A stretch of 64,000 nucleotides of DNA from positions 383,036,001 to 383,100,000 of the forward strand of contig OZ024741.1 of NCBI GenBank assembly GCA_964016885.1, in the 5' to 3' direction. The stretch comes from Eledone cirrhosa (lineage: Eukaryota). Positions 24,008-36,092 of this stretch are shown one piece after another. A program made the translations under genes and the position numbers. The notes beneath the pieces were generated by a model that worked only from the letters and a program-made list of their open reading frames with translations, made no database searches and was not told where the DNA came from. The first letter of the stretch is position 1; each line of letters begins with the position of its first letter.

Positions 24008-27000
24008 TCAGAGTAGCCCATTCACACGAGCTATTCTCGCCACATTCACCCACCTTTTAGCAAAAGTACTGGGGGGCAGCACTTCTCTCTCCACCCTCAC
24101 CTTCCTTTCCAGGTGAAACTTGAAGGGTTGATGAGGGATTGGCCGAAGAGAAAAGTGTCTGTTTTCAGTCCCTTTAACCTGGTCCACCATATAACTTCTT
24201 TCGCAACTGCCACCAGATAGAAGAAAATTTCCTGCTCTTCTGACCTAAGGAAGGCGTTGGATCGATCTTCACTATGGACTCGGTCGATAGCCGGATTCGT
24301 TCCACACGCGACAGTAGCTGTTCGACATAACTCCACAAGTCAGTAATGCAAGTACATTGGGCAAGTGCGTGCAGAACGGTTTCGTCGTTCTGTGCGCATC
24401 TTGGGCAGGTCCGTCTGACAGCACTTCCGTGCCTGTAGAGTTTATCCCGAACCGGCAGTGCACCCCGGTAGCACTGCCAAGCGAGGGATTTCTGGAAATT
24501 GTCCATCGTCCCCGGCTCAAAAGTCCTCCGGTACAGACTGGTCAGTTCGACTTCGTCGAGGCCCAAAGCTTCTCCGAGTGCGTCATCGCACTTGCCCACC
24601 AATAATCCTCTATAGAACTCGAGAGTGGAAGTTCCACTGATCGCATTGCCCACTTGGTAGAGGGCAGTGAGTGCCTGGCAACATTCCAGGTGCCAGTCAC
24701 CCAGTCTCGGTCTCTTCTTAACCCAGGACTGCAGCTCAGTCAAAGAAATGTGCTGTGGAAAGGCCCGTCTGATAAACGGCGACCACACCTGTTCACCGTT
24801 GAGGCAGAATATCTGGAGATGTCGTAGCCTCAACGCATGTCTGCGCATCATTAGCCACGGCATGCCCAGCTCCCCGCGTAGAGGGTGCTGGCAGCAGATG
24901 GACCGCCTCACCAAGGGAACTTGTCCCCTCCACAAGAATTTGAAGAGGAGCCGTTCCAACTTGACGAGGCGCGGACGGGGGCAAGGCACGACGGTCAGGC
25001 GGTAGTAGATGACGGACGCGATGTACGCATTCGCCACCTCCGCGCGACCTTTCAGTGATAGCTTCCTCCCAGCCCATTTTGGGGTGAGACTGGCTACTCT
25101 GCTCGTTACCTCGTCCCAATTATTTTCCTCCTGGAGGTCTGGTCCGAACCAAACGCCGAGCAACTTTAGCGATCCGTCCGTCCAGCGCCCCACGACTCTG
25201 TTGGACGGCATGGGCTTGCCTCTCCAGGTTCCGAGCTGCAAGCCCACCGACTTTTCCGGGTTAAGTTTGGCTCCTGTCAACCTTTCATATTCCTTCAATA
25301 AGGTGCCGACCACCTCAATTTTTGAGGTGTTCTACACCATCACGGTGATGTCGTCCGCATAAGCCGACACCGCCTTTCCACGTCCCGGTTCGAACGGGAT
25401 GCCCTGCTACAGCTCCAGCTTCCGCAGTAAAGGTTCGAGAGTCAATACGTACAGAAGGGAAGATAGAGGGCACCCTTGACGGATCTATTGGGAGAACCGA
25501 AATGGTTCCGAGAGGCGGCCATTAACCTTGACCAACGAGCGTGTACCGCTGTGCATTGCAGCGATCCAGCTTCTGAAGACAGGGCCGAAGCCAGCTGCTT
25601 TGAGGACAAACTCCAGATACCGATGGTCGACCCTATCGAATGCTTTCGATTGATCTAAATTGATCAGTGCTCCACCGAAGCCAGGGTTACACCCTATCTC
25701 TATGACGTATCGCATGAGGTGGAGATTGTCGTGTATGAACCTGGCTGGGATTGCGCAAGTTTGCGCCTCCCCAAACAAATCCTTGACGAGAAGCTCCAAT
25801 CTCTTTGCTAAGACCTTGGCCAAAATCTTAAACTCTGTGTTGAGCAGAGTTATGGGCTTGAAGTTGTCTAATGTATCCCTCTTGTTCTCGTCTTTCCTTA
25901 TCAGCATCACCACTCCCCTGCTCACAGTACTGGGTATACTGCCATTCTGCTGCCAGTTGCAGTAAAGTGTTTCGAGGAGTTCGGAGAACAAGTCTGGAAT
26001 ATTTACGTAAAGCTCGTAGGGTAGGCCATCCAAACCGGGTGACTTGCGCCTTATGCAGTCGACAAGGGCGTCCTAAATTTAGGCTCAAGTAATCGGCCTT
26101 TCGCAGCGCTCAGCGTCGACCGTCGAGATGCGCGGCAAGCCGTCAAGATAGGGACTGAAATCCGGTACTCTCTCTGACTCGCCACTCTCCCCGAACAACC
26201 GAGCAAAGTGAATGGCGAAAGGCCTCACACATCCGCTTGGAATCGCTTATCTCGTGTCCGTCTCTGTCCGCCAAAGACCGAATTGTGGTTTTATTACCAC
26301 GCTGCGCCTCCGCCACGCGGGCCCATCGAACAGCTTTGGTTCCCTCGTTTCTCAGCGCACGCGCCTTAGCTCTGACAATGCAACCTTCGTGTTTCGCATT
26401 GAAGAAATGGTCTAATGCCATTCTCGCCGCTAGCACGTCAGTTGCAATGCCACTACAAATAGCCTCGTCTAACTTATCTACCAGCTCCCCCTCCTTTCTA
26501 TTTTTCTCTAACGCTTCTTCTTTGCTGAACTGTATCGAAGTTACTCTAATCTCTCATTTGAGAGCACCCCACCATCTGTTGTTGATGAACGCCCCTGTCA
26601 ACTTTTGCTTAACTAAATTGTTGACTCGGTCCCTGTAAGCCTTACGTGCCGGAAATGACATGTTCAGCTTCCAGTAACCCGGTCCTAACCTACGCGTTTT
26701 ATCTAGGTCGACCGTACAGATCACAAATTTGTGATCTGAATAGGCGACCATTTTAAAAAGTGGGCAGCCCACACTATTTCTATTTATTTTCCTAATGAAG
26801 ATCCTGTCTATATACGATCTGGATGACCCCATTCGGTTGGTCCATGTCCATACTGGCAGATTGGGGAAATCTAGTCGATACCTGTCAGACAGTTGGAACT
26901 GGCTGAGTAGGTGCTTGAGGCTTTTGCACCCCCCGCTCCTATCGGCTACTCCCACACAATCCCAGAGTGCGTCTAAGATGCCATTCCAGTCCCCTGCTAA

Positions 27001-27410
27001 CAGTAAAGGGCGAGACGTACCCAGAAAGGTCTCCAGGCACCTAAGAAGTGCGGTCGTCCGGCCCCCGTAGGGGCGTAGACGGCCAGCAGTCCAAAGGCAC
27101 CACCTTCGGTACTGCTCACATCCAAGACCACCAACTTACCGTCCGGGTCCCGGAAGATCCACCTTACCTCGAGATCCAGTCCTTTCCTAAACAGCACTGC
27201 CACCCCACCCCCCATTCCCGGTCTGCTAACAGATGCGAAGATCTGAGAGTCGTCGAAAATGGGGGCTAGTGCGCGCGTGTCGGAAATTCTGGTCTCGCTG
27301 ACGGCAATCACATCCATTTCCAGCGACCTGACGTCGTTGAGCAGGCGTCCCTGCTTCCAGGGTGACCCCAGGCCGCGAACATTTAAAGTTCCTACTCTTA
27401 ATATGGCCAT
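24008..27410 (-). pseudogene. ORF2: AP endonuclease, reverse transcriptase and C-terminal Cys motif, several frameshifts
   Basis: MAILRVGTLNVRGL, SDHK, GYWKLN, PITLLNTEFKILAKVLA, LDQSKAFDRVDH, AYADDIT, CPRCAQNDETVLHALAQC. Confidence 0.92.
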
Positions 27411-27439
27411 GTTGGCAAGCTAAAAGAGAGAGGGGAGGT

Positions 27440-29320
27440 TTACATACCTACTCGGGTCTTGTGAAGGTCGGGTGGTTTGACCTCCATAGTTGGTAGGGTT
27501 TCTTTTGGGAACCCTTTAAAAGTCTTGATGTGGGTTTCACATTCGGGGTTCAGACGTCTTGAGGAAAGCTCTCTCGAATTTCTTTGAAGTAATTGAGTGA
27601 CATTCGGACCAGAAGCAAATATTCTGGCACGCAAAATGTGCTCATTTCAAAAATCTCCCCCTCTGTTTGAATGTCCTCGCTTCGTGCTAAGAGGGCCATC
27701 AGTTTATCGTTGGCCCTTCTGACAAGCACGAAGTTTTTAACATTTTGTTGGTGTGGTTTTATTTGTTTTCGTTTTGGTGACTGTGGTGGTGATGGTTTTG
27801 GTGGTGTTGTTTCGGGTATGTCTGTGTTTGTTGTAGGTGTGGTGTCTGCAAATTCAGGTATTTGTGTGTTTATTTGTACTTGTGTTTGTTTAGGTTGTTT
27901 GCGTTTCGGGGATTGTGGAGGTGGTGTCGATGTTGCAGTTGGTGATGATGTTATTGGTGAAGTGTTTGCGTTAGTGGTGTCTGTATTTTTTGTTGTGTAT
28001 GTGTTTGTGTTTTGTTGGGATTTTTTTTTGTGAGTTTTCTCTGTTTTTTTGCACTTTTGGGTTTTCCTTCATCTTCGCTGCTGGAAGACAAAGGGTCTTT
28101 GGCTGTGAGTGTCTCTGTATCTGTGTGTGCGTTTATTGTTTTGTCTATGTGTATAATTGGGGGGGGGGAGTGGGAGAGCTTTCCTCGTTTTCCCCTTGGA
28201 TTGGTTTTGGTGTTGGTGGCGATCCGGCTGTTTTTGATGTTGGTGTCCGTGTTTTTGTTGGTGATGTTTTTGGTGGTGGTGGTGGTGCAGCTTTCCGTGC
28301 TGACACTGGCGTTGGCAACAAAGGAGTTTGCGACCCCCTGCATTTTTGCGCTGAGGGCAGAAGGCTTGCAGATGCGTTGCTTCCCGTCAGACGAAGCAGC
28401 ATGGCCTTCTTCCGTCAATGATTAGTTGGATTGTTGTCTCGTCCTCAGGCGGGCAAAATCCGGGATGTTGTTCATGTCTTCCGGTTTCATTTGGAGAAGA
28501 ATCTCCAAATTCATTCCGGACCAGTCCTCTCTCTCTGTCCTTTTGATATCCAGGAGGGTACTGTCCCCTCCTCGATTACGCATCTCATCAACCACCATAT
28601 GTTCATTCCTGGTGGGATGTTGGGAATGTGTACCTTTACTGTCTTTTTACCCATGTAGGACGGATGCATGATAATGCGTTCCGTTCTGCAGGGGGTCACC
28701 GAGTACTTAATAGCTAGGGCCTCGGTTTTGAACAGTACCGAGATGGTACCGAACTGTTTGCCTCTTGCTTTATACTCTATGTTACTTCTGATGTACTCCA
28801 AAGCAGCCTCGACCTCTGCTTGGCTGGTAAGTGCCACTGTTCGTGTCTGCACCGAAATGCATCGAAATAACACCGTCCTCCTTTGCATGGCCGCTATTGC
28901 CTTGTCCGGGATGGTCAGGTTTTCCGAGGACTTCTCCCGTTTAATTAGCCTCCACGCTTGGGCCAACTGTTCGTCTTTTTCGCTAATATCAATATCAATA
29001 TTCAATAAGCGCTTTGTTTTTGCTGTTGCTGCAGCAAATGTGGTGCTTCTGATGCTCTTATTGTTGGTGTTGTCATTCTTGCTGTTGTTATTGGTGTTGT
29101 TGTTGTTGTTTTGTTTGTTGATGCTGTTGCCACCGCCATACGTGTTTACATTGAAGCTGTCAGTGTTATTGTCGTTATTGCTCTGAGTTGTTATTGTTGT
29201 GGTGGTGGTGGTGGCGGTGGTGGTGATGTCGTTTTCAGATGATACTGCTGCTATCACAGAAGGTTGTGATGGTAACTTTTTAGTTTTGCCTTCACATCCA
29301 GTAGAGTGGATGACAGGCAT
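27440..29320 (-). pseudogene. ORF1 (gag-like) with disrupted CCHC knuckle and T/N-rich low-complexity regions
   Basis: ORFs 28511-29320 and 27951-28418; GRRPCCFV*REATHLQAFCP near 28352-28405. Confidence 0.75.
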
Positions 29321-29594
29321 GACTGGTGAAATCTATCGTTTCAAGGTCGAAAATTTCCATAATTTTATTTTTGGTGGGGAAGCGATTTTTTACGAAGTTT
29401 TTAAAAAATAAATCTGAATATTCGGGCTTAAAGCCCGAATATTGAGAGGTATCCCTCTCTTTAAATCAAGATGTGTACCTTAAGTTTCGTTAACGACAAG
29501 AAAATACAAAAAATGACACTTTAAAACAGCTTAAAGTTACGAACCTTTTCCCCCGCATATTTGTAGTCTTCACACATGTGCGGAATGGTCACGA

Positions 29595-29662
<68 letters not shown>
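29595..29662. repeat. (AAT)n microsatellite at the 5' flank of the first Tx1-like LINE
   Basis: Direct reading. Confidence 0.95.
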
Positions 29663-30189
29663 GGGAAGAAAACGCACATGGTGGATATATATCGTTATGG
29701 AATCGCTCCCGTAAGTATTTGATTTTTACTTATTTAAAACAACTGTGATAGAATAATTCTTATTACAAATGAAATATAAGATTACAGTTTTTTACCCTCA
29801 GCAGGCAACAGCGCATCACATTACGGCATAGGGCCCCAATATTTAATATTTAATTTTGGATCAGAAATGTTATAGTCGAAAAAGAGAAAATGGCTAAGTG
29901 GACAGACAGGCAAATCATTTCACCACCAACACCATCACCGCCACCATCACCACTATCACGCCAAAAACTCTAGTCAAGTTACCTCAACTTCTATTTCTAC
30001 TTCAACACCATCACTACAGTACTACGATCACATCACCACCATCACTGCCTCATTATCGCTACCGCCGCTATTCTCTCCCACTACCTCCTGGTAAGTACTA
30101 CTAGCACATCACCACCACCACCACCACTGCCTCATTATCGCTACCGCCGATATTCTCTCCCACTACCTCCTGCTAAGACAGGCATCATA

Positions 30190-33100
30190 GTACTCCCACT
30201 AAATGAGGAAGGCATCAACAGATATAAATAGACTGATTTGATGACCCGGTCAAAAAATCAAAAAATCAAAAATCAAAATCAAAACAGCACAGCAGCAACG
30301 AAAAACGTAAAGAAAAGACTGCTGGTGACGGAGGAAGAAGAAGGAAAGGGACCAACTGGACGAAATAATTGAATAGAAATGTTATGCAATGTTACCTGAA
30401 GAGTAATCCCAAGGAAAAAGGCTATAGTAAACGGATGCATAACATCTGGAACGAGATTGGTCTATTTAAATTAGATGAACAAAGATTGGCCGGGCAGGCT
30501 CGGGTAATAAGAACTAATGGGTGCATAAGCGAGCTGGAGGAACTAAGCAGAGAGATTAGGTTGGAAATGGAGAGTGGAGTATGACAGGCAAATGAGCCAG
30601 TGGGAAATGAAGGTGAAGATGTTGAGAGAACGGAGGAACCATCCGAAGCAGACAATGATCTGAATGCTGAAATAAATAATACCTGGAACAAAGATACGGC
30701 CATTGAGGTGATGAATTCTGACGGGCTAGAACAAGATTTGGTTCATATCCTAAACTTAATGGTAGATGAAATGAACAATGATAGTGGGAAACCTATGACC
30801 CTAATATTTGAAAACAGGAAAAAGTTAAAAGAAACAACAGCTAAGATAAACAAAGTCATCCCATACCTTGAGGCGAGAAGCCTTCACCAGTGCAACAATA
30901 TCCTCAAAGCAACAGAAAATGCGGTGAGGAAATTACTTGGCATAAAAGCCAGAGGAAACAACAAACAAGAAAGATCAGAACCTTGGTGGAAGAAACGACT
31001 GAATGGTCAAATCAGGGAAATGAGAAATGACATTGGAAAGCTTGAGTCCCTACTGAATGGGACACTAAAAGAGATAGACACTAAAAATAGACTAGAAATA
31101 AAGTACAAAATAGGAGGAAAAGGCTAAATATTATCATAGAGTAACTGAAGCAACGCATTGTAGCAAAGAATGCAAAAATTAGGCGATACGAGAGCAGAGT
31201 CAGTCATTATAGCCAGAACCGCATGTTTGACAACAACCAGAAGATGTTGTTTGGACAGCTTAAAGAGAAAGAAAGAAGCAACGACTTGATCCCTGAGGCG
31301 GAACAAACTAAGACATTCTGGAGAGGAATATGGGAGAAGGATGTTAAACATGATGACCAGGCAGTGTGGATTGAGACAGTACAAAAGGAGATTAGTGAAC
31401 AGGCACACCAACAAACTGATTTGAGTATCACAGTTGAAACTCTCAAGGGACAGGCCAAAACACTAACCAACTGGAAATCACCAGGCCCAGATGGTGTGCA
31501 GGGGTATTGGGTTAAAAATGTAACATCCCTCCACCCGAAACTGACAACCATGTTCAATAATTGCTTGATGTCAGGTGAGGTACCAGAGTGGTTGACAAAA
31601 GGTACCACAGTTCTGGTAATGAAAGACCGAATCAAGGGTAATGATGTTACCAACTATAGACCTATCACATATCTGTCCGTAATGTGGAAACTGTTGACAA
31701 GCATTGTGTCTGAGGAAATCTACCATCACCTCCACACAAACAACATGTTACCGGACGAACAGAAAGGATGCCGAAAGAAGTCCCGTGGTACAAAGGACCA
31801 GTTACTTATTGATAAGATGGTAATGAGGAATTGCAAGAGGAGACGCACTGGTCTTGCCATGGGATGGATAAACTACAAAAAGGCATTTGAAATGGTGTCT
31901 CATTCTTGGATCACCAAAAGCCTAGAGATCTTCAAGATGGCAAGTAACATTAGACAGTTGTTGAGCAAAAGTATGAAGTCCTGGAAAACAGAGTTAACAT
32001 CAGCTGGAGAATCCTTGGGAGGCGTCAAGATCAAGAGAGGTATCTTCCAGGGAGATAGTATGAGCCCTCTGTTGTTTGTCCTTGCCCTGATGCCCCTGAC
32101 CATTATACTGCGGAAAGTCAGAGCAGGATACAAGTTGGGAAAGGGACAGCTTACCATCATCACCTCCTCTTCATCGACGATCTTAAGCTCTTCGGGAAGC
32201 GTGAGACGGAGTTGGATGTACTTGTTGACACTATCCGTATTTTCAGCAATGATATATGTATGCAATTTGGTATTAGTAAGTGTGGTGTCCTCGTGATGAA
32301 GAGGCGTAAATTGAGCAGAAGCAACGGAATCCAGGTACCAACAGGTGAGATGATAAAGGAAATTGACACTGAAGAAGGATACAAATATTTAGGTGTTCTA
32401 GAGGCAGATGACAAAAAAATGAAGGAATTGATAAGATCTGAATATATTTGGAGAGTAAGGACCGTATTAAAATCACATCTGAACAGTAAGAATGCCCTAA
32501 GTGCAGTGAATTCCCGAGCTGTGTCTATTATTAGGTACAATGCGGGAATTGTGAGATGGAATGTTGCTGAACAAACAGAAATGGATAGGATTGACTATCT
32601 ACAACATGTTCCACAAGAGGAGTGATATCGATAGAATCTGCTTAAGGAGATCTGAAGGTGGAAGAGGTCTTATCAGTATAGAGGACTGTGTTCAGATGGA
32701 GAAAAATAACCTGCACAAATACGTGACTGACAGTAGGGAGCCAATGCTCAGAATTGTACTGAGTGAGAGGACAATAGACCAGGGGATGTCCAAGGAGGAA
32801 ATAACAACAAAGAGGAAGAGCAACCTTCATGAAAATCCCTTCATAGTACCTTCTTTGAGAACACTGAATTTAGAGAGCCACGGACATGGAACTGGTTAAA
32901 AAGAGGAGATCTTGAAAAGGCTACAAAAGGAATGCTAATGGCTGCGCAAGAGCAGGCCCTCAGAACGAAGTAGGCGAAACACCATATTTACAAGGAGGAA
33001 GCTAGCCCACTGTGTAGGATCTGTGGAGAGAGGGAGGAGACTGTGGCTCACATTGTATCCGAGTGTAAACACCTAGCCCAGACTCACTATAAAGGCTGGA

Positions 33101-33662
33101 GACATGATGTGATAGGCAGGGTGATCCACTGGCACCAATGCAAAGTAAACAATTTACCACATTATGAGAAATGGTATGAGCATAAGCCAGAGTCGGCGAC
33201 AGAAAACGATCAGAAGAAGGTCCTATGGGATTTTAGTATACAGACGTAAAAGAAACTGGAACACAATAGGCCTGACCTTTTGGTTTTAGACAAGGAAAAA
33301 AGATCGTGCCTGATTGTAGATGTAGCCAGCCCATTTGACACGAGAATGCAAGAAAAGGAGAGGGAGAACATTAACCGAGACCAGGACTTAAATTGGGAGG
33401 TAAAAAGGATTTGGAACGGCCATGAAGTCAGAGTCATAGGCGCATTAATCTCAAAGAGTTTCCAAGGATGGTTAAAGAAAATTAGGCCAGCCCCGCTTTT
33501 TGGAACATTTCAAAAGGCATGCTTGCTGGGAACAGCAAGAACCCTCCGATACGTCCTGAATACCTGAAGCTGCAGGTAGCGGCTTGATATTCATTTCAAC
33601 AAACTTTCCAGTTAAATAACATCAATGACAGAGACTCGAATAATAATAATAATAATAATAAT
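30190..33662 (+). mobile_element. R4/Dong-like non-LTR retrotransposon (single ORF, RT + CCHC + RLE), frameshifted, ending in (TAA)n
   Basis: WKSPGPDG, NYRPITYL, EQKGC, RGIFQGDSMSPLLF, LFIDDLKLF, CRICGEREETVAHIVSEC, RHD, RPDL, IVDVA; (TAA)n 33639-33662; 5' boundary approximate. Confidence 0.88.
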
Positions 33663-33664
33663 TT

Positions 33665-35053
33665 CATTCTTAAACCACGCAGTGCTCACATTAAGAAACC
33701 ACTCATGATAATAACAATTTAAAAAACCAAATAAAAAAAAACCCCGTGTCCAAGAAATCCAGGGATGGCGGCCGGCGGGGAATAGCCGTGTATCTAGGGG
33801 ACGACGACCCCTCTAGTTTTGGTTGACACTCGTCCTAGGAGTGGTAACTAGAAATGATTACCCCTTGGCGGTTAAGGATAAAACGCAACAAAATAAAATC
33901 AATGTCAAATGATAAAATCTCGTACCGGATCGGCCGTCACCCGGGTCAAAAAGGGCCGCGTCCCTCAGAGAGGAACCAGACTGGGGTTGAAATATCAGCT
34001 AATGGTTCAAACCTTCCCATCAATTCGGAACTGGAGACCTCCCATAACCGGAATACTCCTACTGTTGGCCATCAAAGCTCACCACCAAGAAATCCAAAGA
34101 AAAAGAGAGAAAAATGGTCAAGGGAAGAGAATAATAAGAAGTCCTTGAGGCTTTCTACACTGCCATGTACTACCCATCAAATAGATCGAATACAGAACAG
34201 ACATATATCAACTGGAAAAAGAAACATCCCGAAAACCGAGGCTATATTGACAGTAACAAACTAGCCAATATACGAAGAAATATAGTTAAAAAAAGTTACT
34301 AACTGATATAGAAATTGATCAGCTCAAGCAATTAGCACAAAGTCAGCGAAGAGAAAATGAAACATGTGTCAGTGAAACCGAGGTAAATTGTAACACTTCG
34401 AATCCCAGGGTTGGGGTGGAATCACTGACAGCAGAACTAATTAAAGAAAGGATAGAACAAGTAGAGGGAGTGCATGCTCAAGATGAAACTCAAAATGAAA
34501 ACAATGAGATCGTAAATGATAAAGAAATGAATGGGAATGAACTTGCCAACATGAAGAATGAAATTATGATCGAATGGATGAAAATGAAAGAATCTGACAT
34601 GGGAGAACGAGACACTATCCCTAAGATCCAGAACTCCAATCAAAAACCAAAAGATAATACACAAGACTAACATAATTCTCAAAACACATTATCGTCACAA
34701 ACAAACTAAACATTACTGATCTAAATCATCTCTATTATGCATCAACTAAAGTCACCACTCACTTATGTGGAGTGAAAATGATAAAACAAAGGAATTCCCA
34801 CAAGAAATCTACTTGGCAAGAGAACATCAATCGCCAAATAAACCTTCCCCGATCTGACATAGACAGTTTACCAAGCTACAAAGTAGGTGAACATGTTAAA
34901 CAAACTAAACTTCGAAAATTGAAAAGAAAATACTGTATAAAATCAAAAGGTGACATAGACATGCTGATAGAAATAATCAAGCAAAAAATGTTGGCCAAAG
35001 CTGCCCGTATAAGGCGCTTTGAAAACGATTTAGATTCTATAAGGACAATAATA
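33665..35053 (+). mobile_element. 5' portion of a second, divergent R4/Dong-like element (UTR and N-terminus, no RT)
   Basis: KREKWSREEN, KLANIRRNIV, KLKRKY...IKQKMLAKAARIRRF parallel the N-terminus of the first element. Confidence 0.7.
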
Positions 35054-35597
35054 TGATCCACTGACACCTATGCAAAGTAAACAATTTACCACATTCTGAG
35101 AAGTGGTATGAGCATAAGCCAGAGTAGGTGATAGGAAACGATCAGGTGAAGGTGCTATGGGATTTTAGGATACAGACGGACAAGAAACTGGAACAAAATT
35201 GGCGTGACCTGGTAGTTTTGGACAAGGAAAAAAGATCGTGCCTGATTGTAGATGTAGCCTGCCCACTTTACACGAGAGTCCAAGAAAAGGAGAGGGAGAA
35301 AATTAACCAATACCAGGACTTAAAGTGGGAGGTAAAAAGGATTTGGAACTGCCATGAAGTCAGAGTCGTCCCGATTGTCATAGGCCCACTAGAGTTTCCA
35401 AGGATGGTTAAAATAATTAGTCCAGCGCCGCATTTTGGAACACTTCAAAAGAAATGCTTGCTGGGAACAGCAAGTACCCTCTGATACATCCTGAATATCT
35501 GAGGCTGCAGGGAGCGGCTTGATATTCATTTCAACAAACTTTCCAGTTAAATAACATCAATAAGTGTGACTCAAAGAACATTAATAATAATAATAAT
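35054..35597 (+). mobile_element. 5'-truncated 3' end of the first Dong-like family (RLE domain, UTR, (TAA)n)
   Basis: Closely matches 33122-33662; VLWDFRIQTD...CLIVDVACP. Confidence 0.9.
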
Positions 35598-36092
35598 GGT
35601 TTCTTTATTGGCCACAAGGGCTAACATGAAGAAAAACATTAGAGACGGCACAGAACAGTTCAGGACGATATAAAGTGGGCTTTCGTCATGTAAACAGGTT
35701 ATAACAAAATCGGGCTAGAAATCCAAAAGAAATTCAAACAACAAAAATTCCCCAAAAAGAGGGAACCTCCGAGGGTCACTCCTGGTGAAAACCACACAAA
35801 AGACCGCGAACAATAATACTACTACTACAAATAAGAATAATAATGGTTTCTTTATTGGCCACAAGGGCTAACATGAAGAAAAACATTACAGAAGGCACAG
35901 GACGATACAAAGTGGGTTTTGGCCGTTCAAAGGGTCATAAAAGGCAGGAAAGTGTAAAATAAATAAAATTCAAATAACAAAAATTCCCCAATAATGGGGA
36001 AGCTTCCGAGGGTCACTAATGGCGAAAACCACACAAACGACCAGGGCCACGCTCACCACCTTGCAAGCACCCTCTCCCAGTTTTCCCACTCC

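Larger units (their letters stand above)
23732..29594 (-). mobile_element. Near full-length Tx1/L1-clade LINE, inactivated
   Basis: ORF1 then APE-RT-zinc finger ORF2; (AAT)n on both flanks. Confidence 0.93.
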
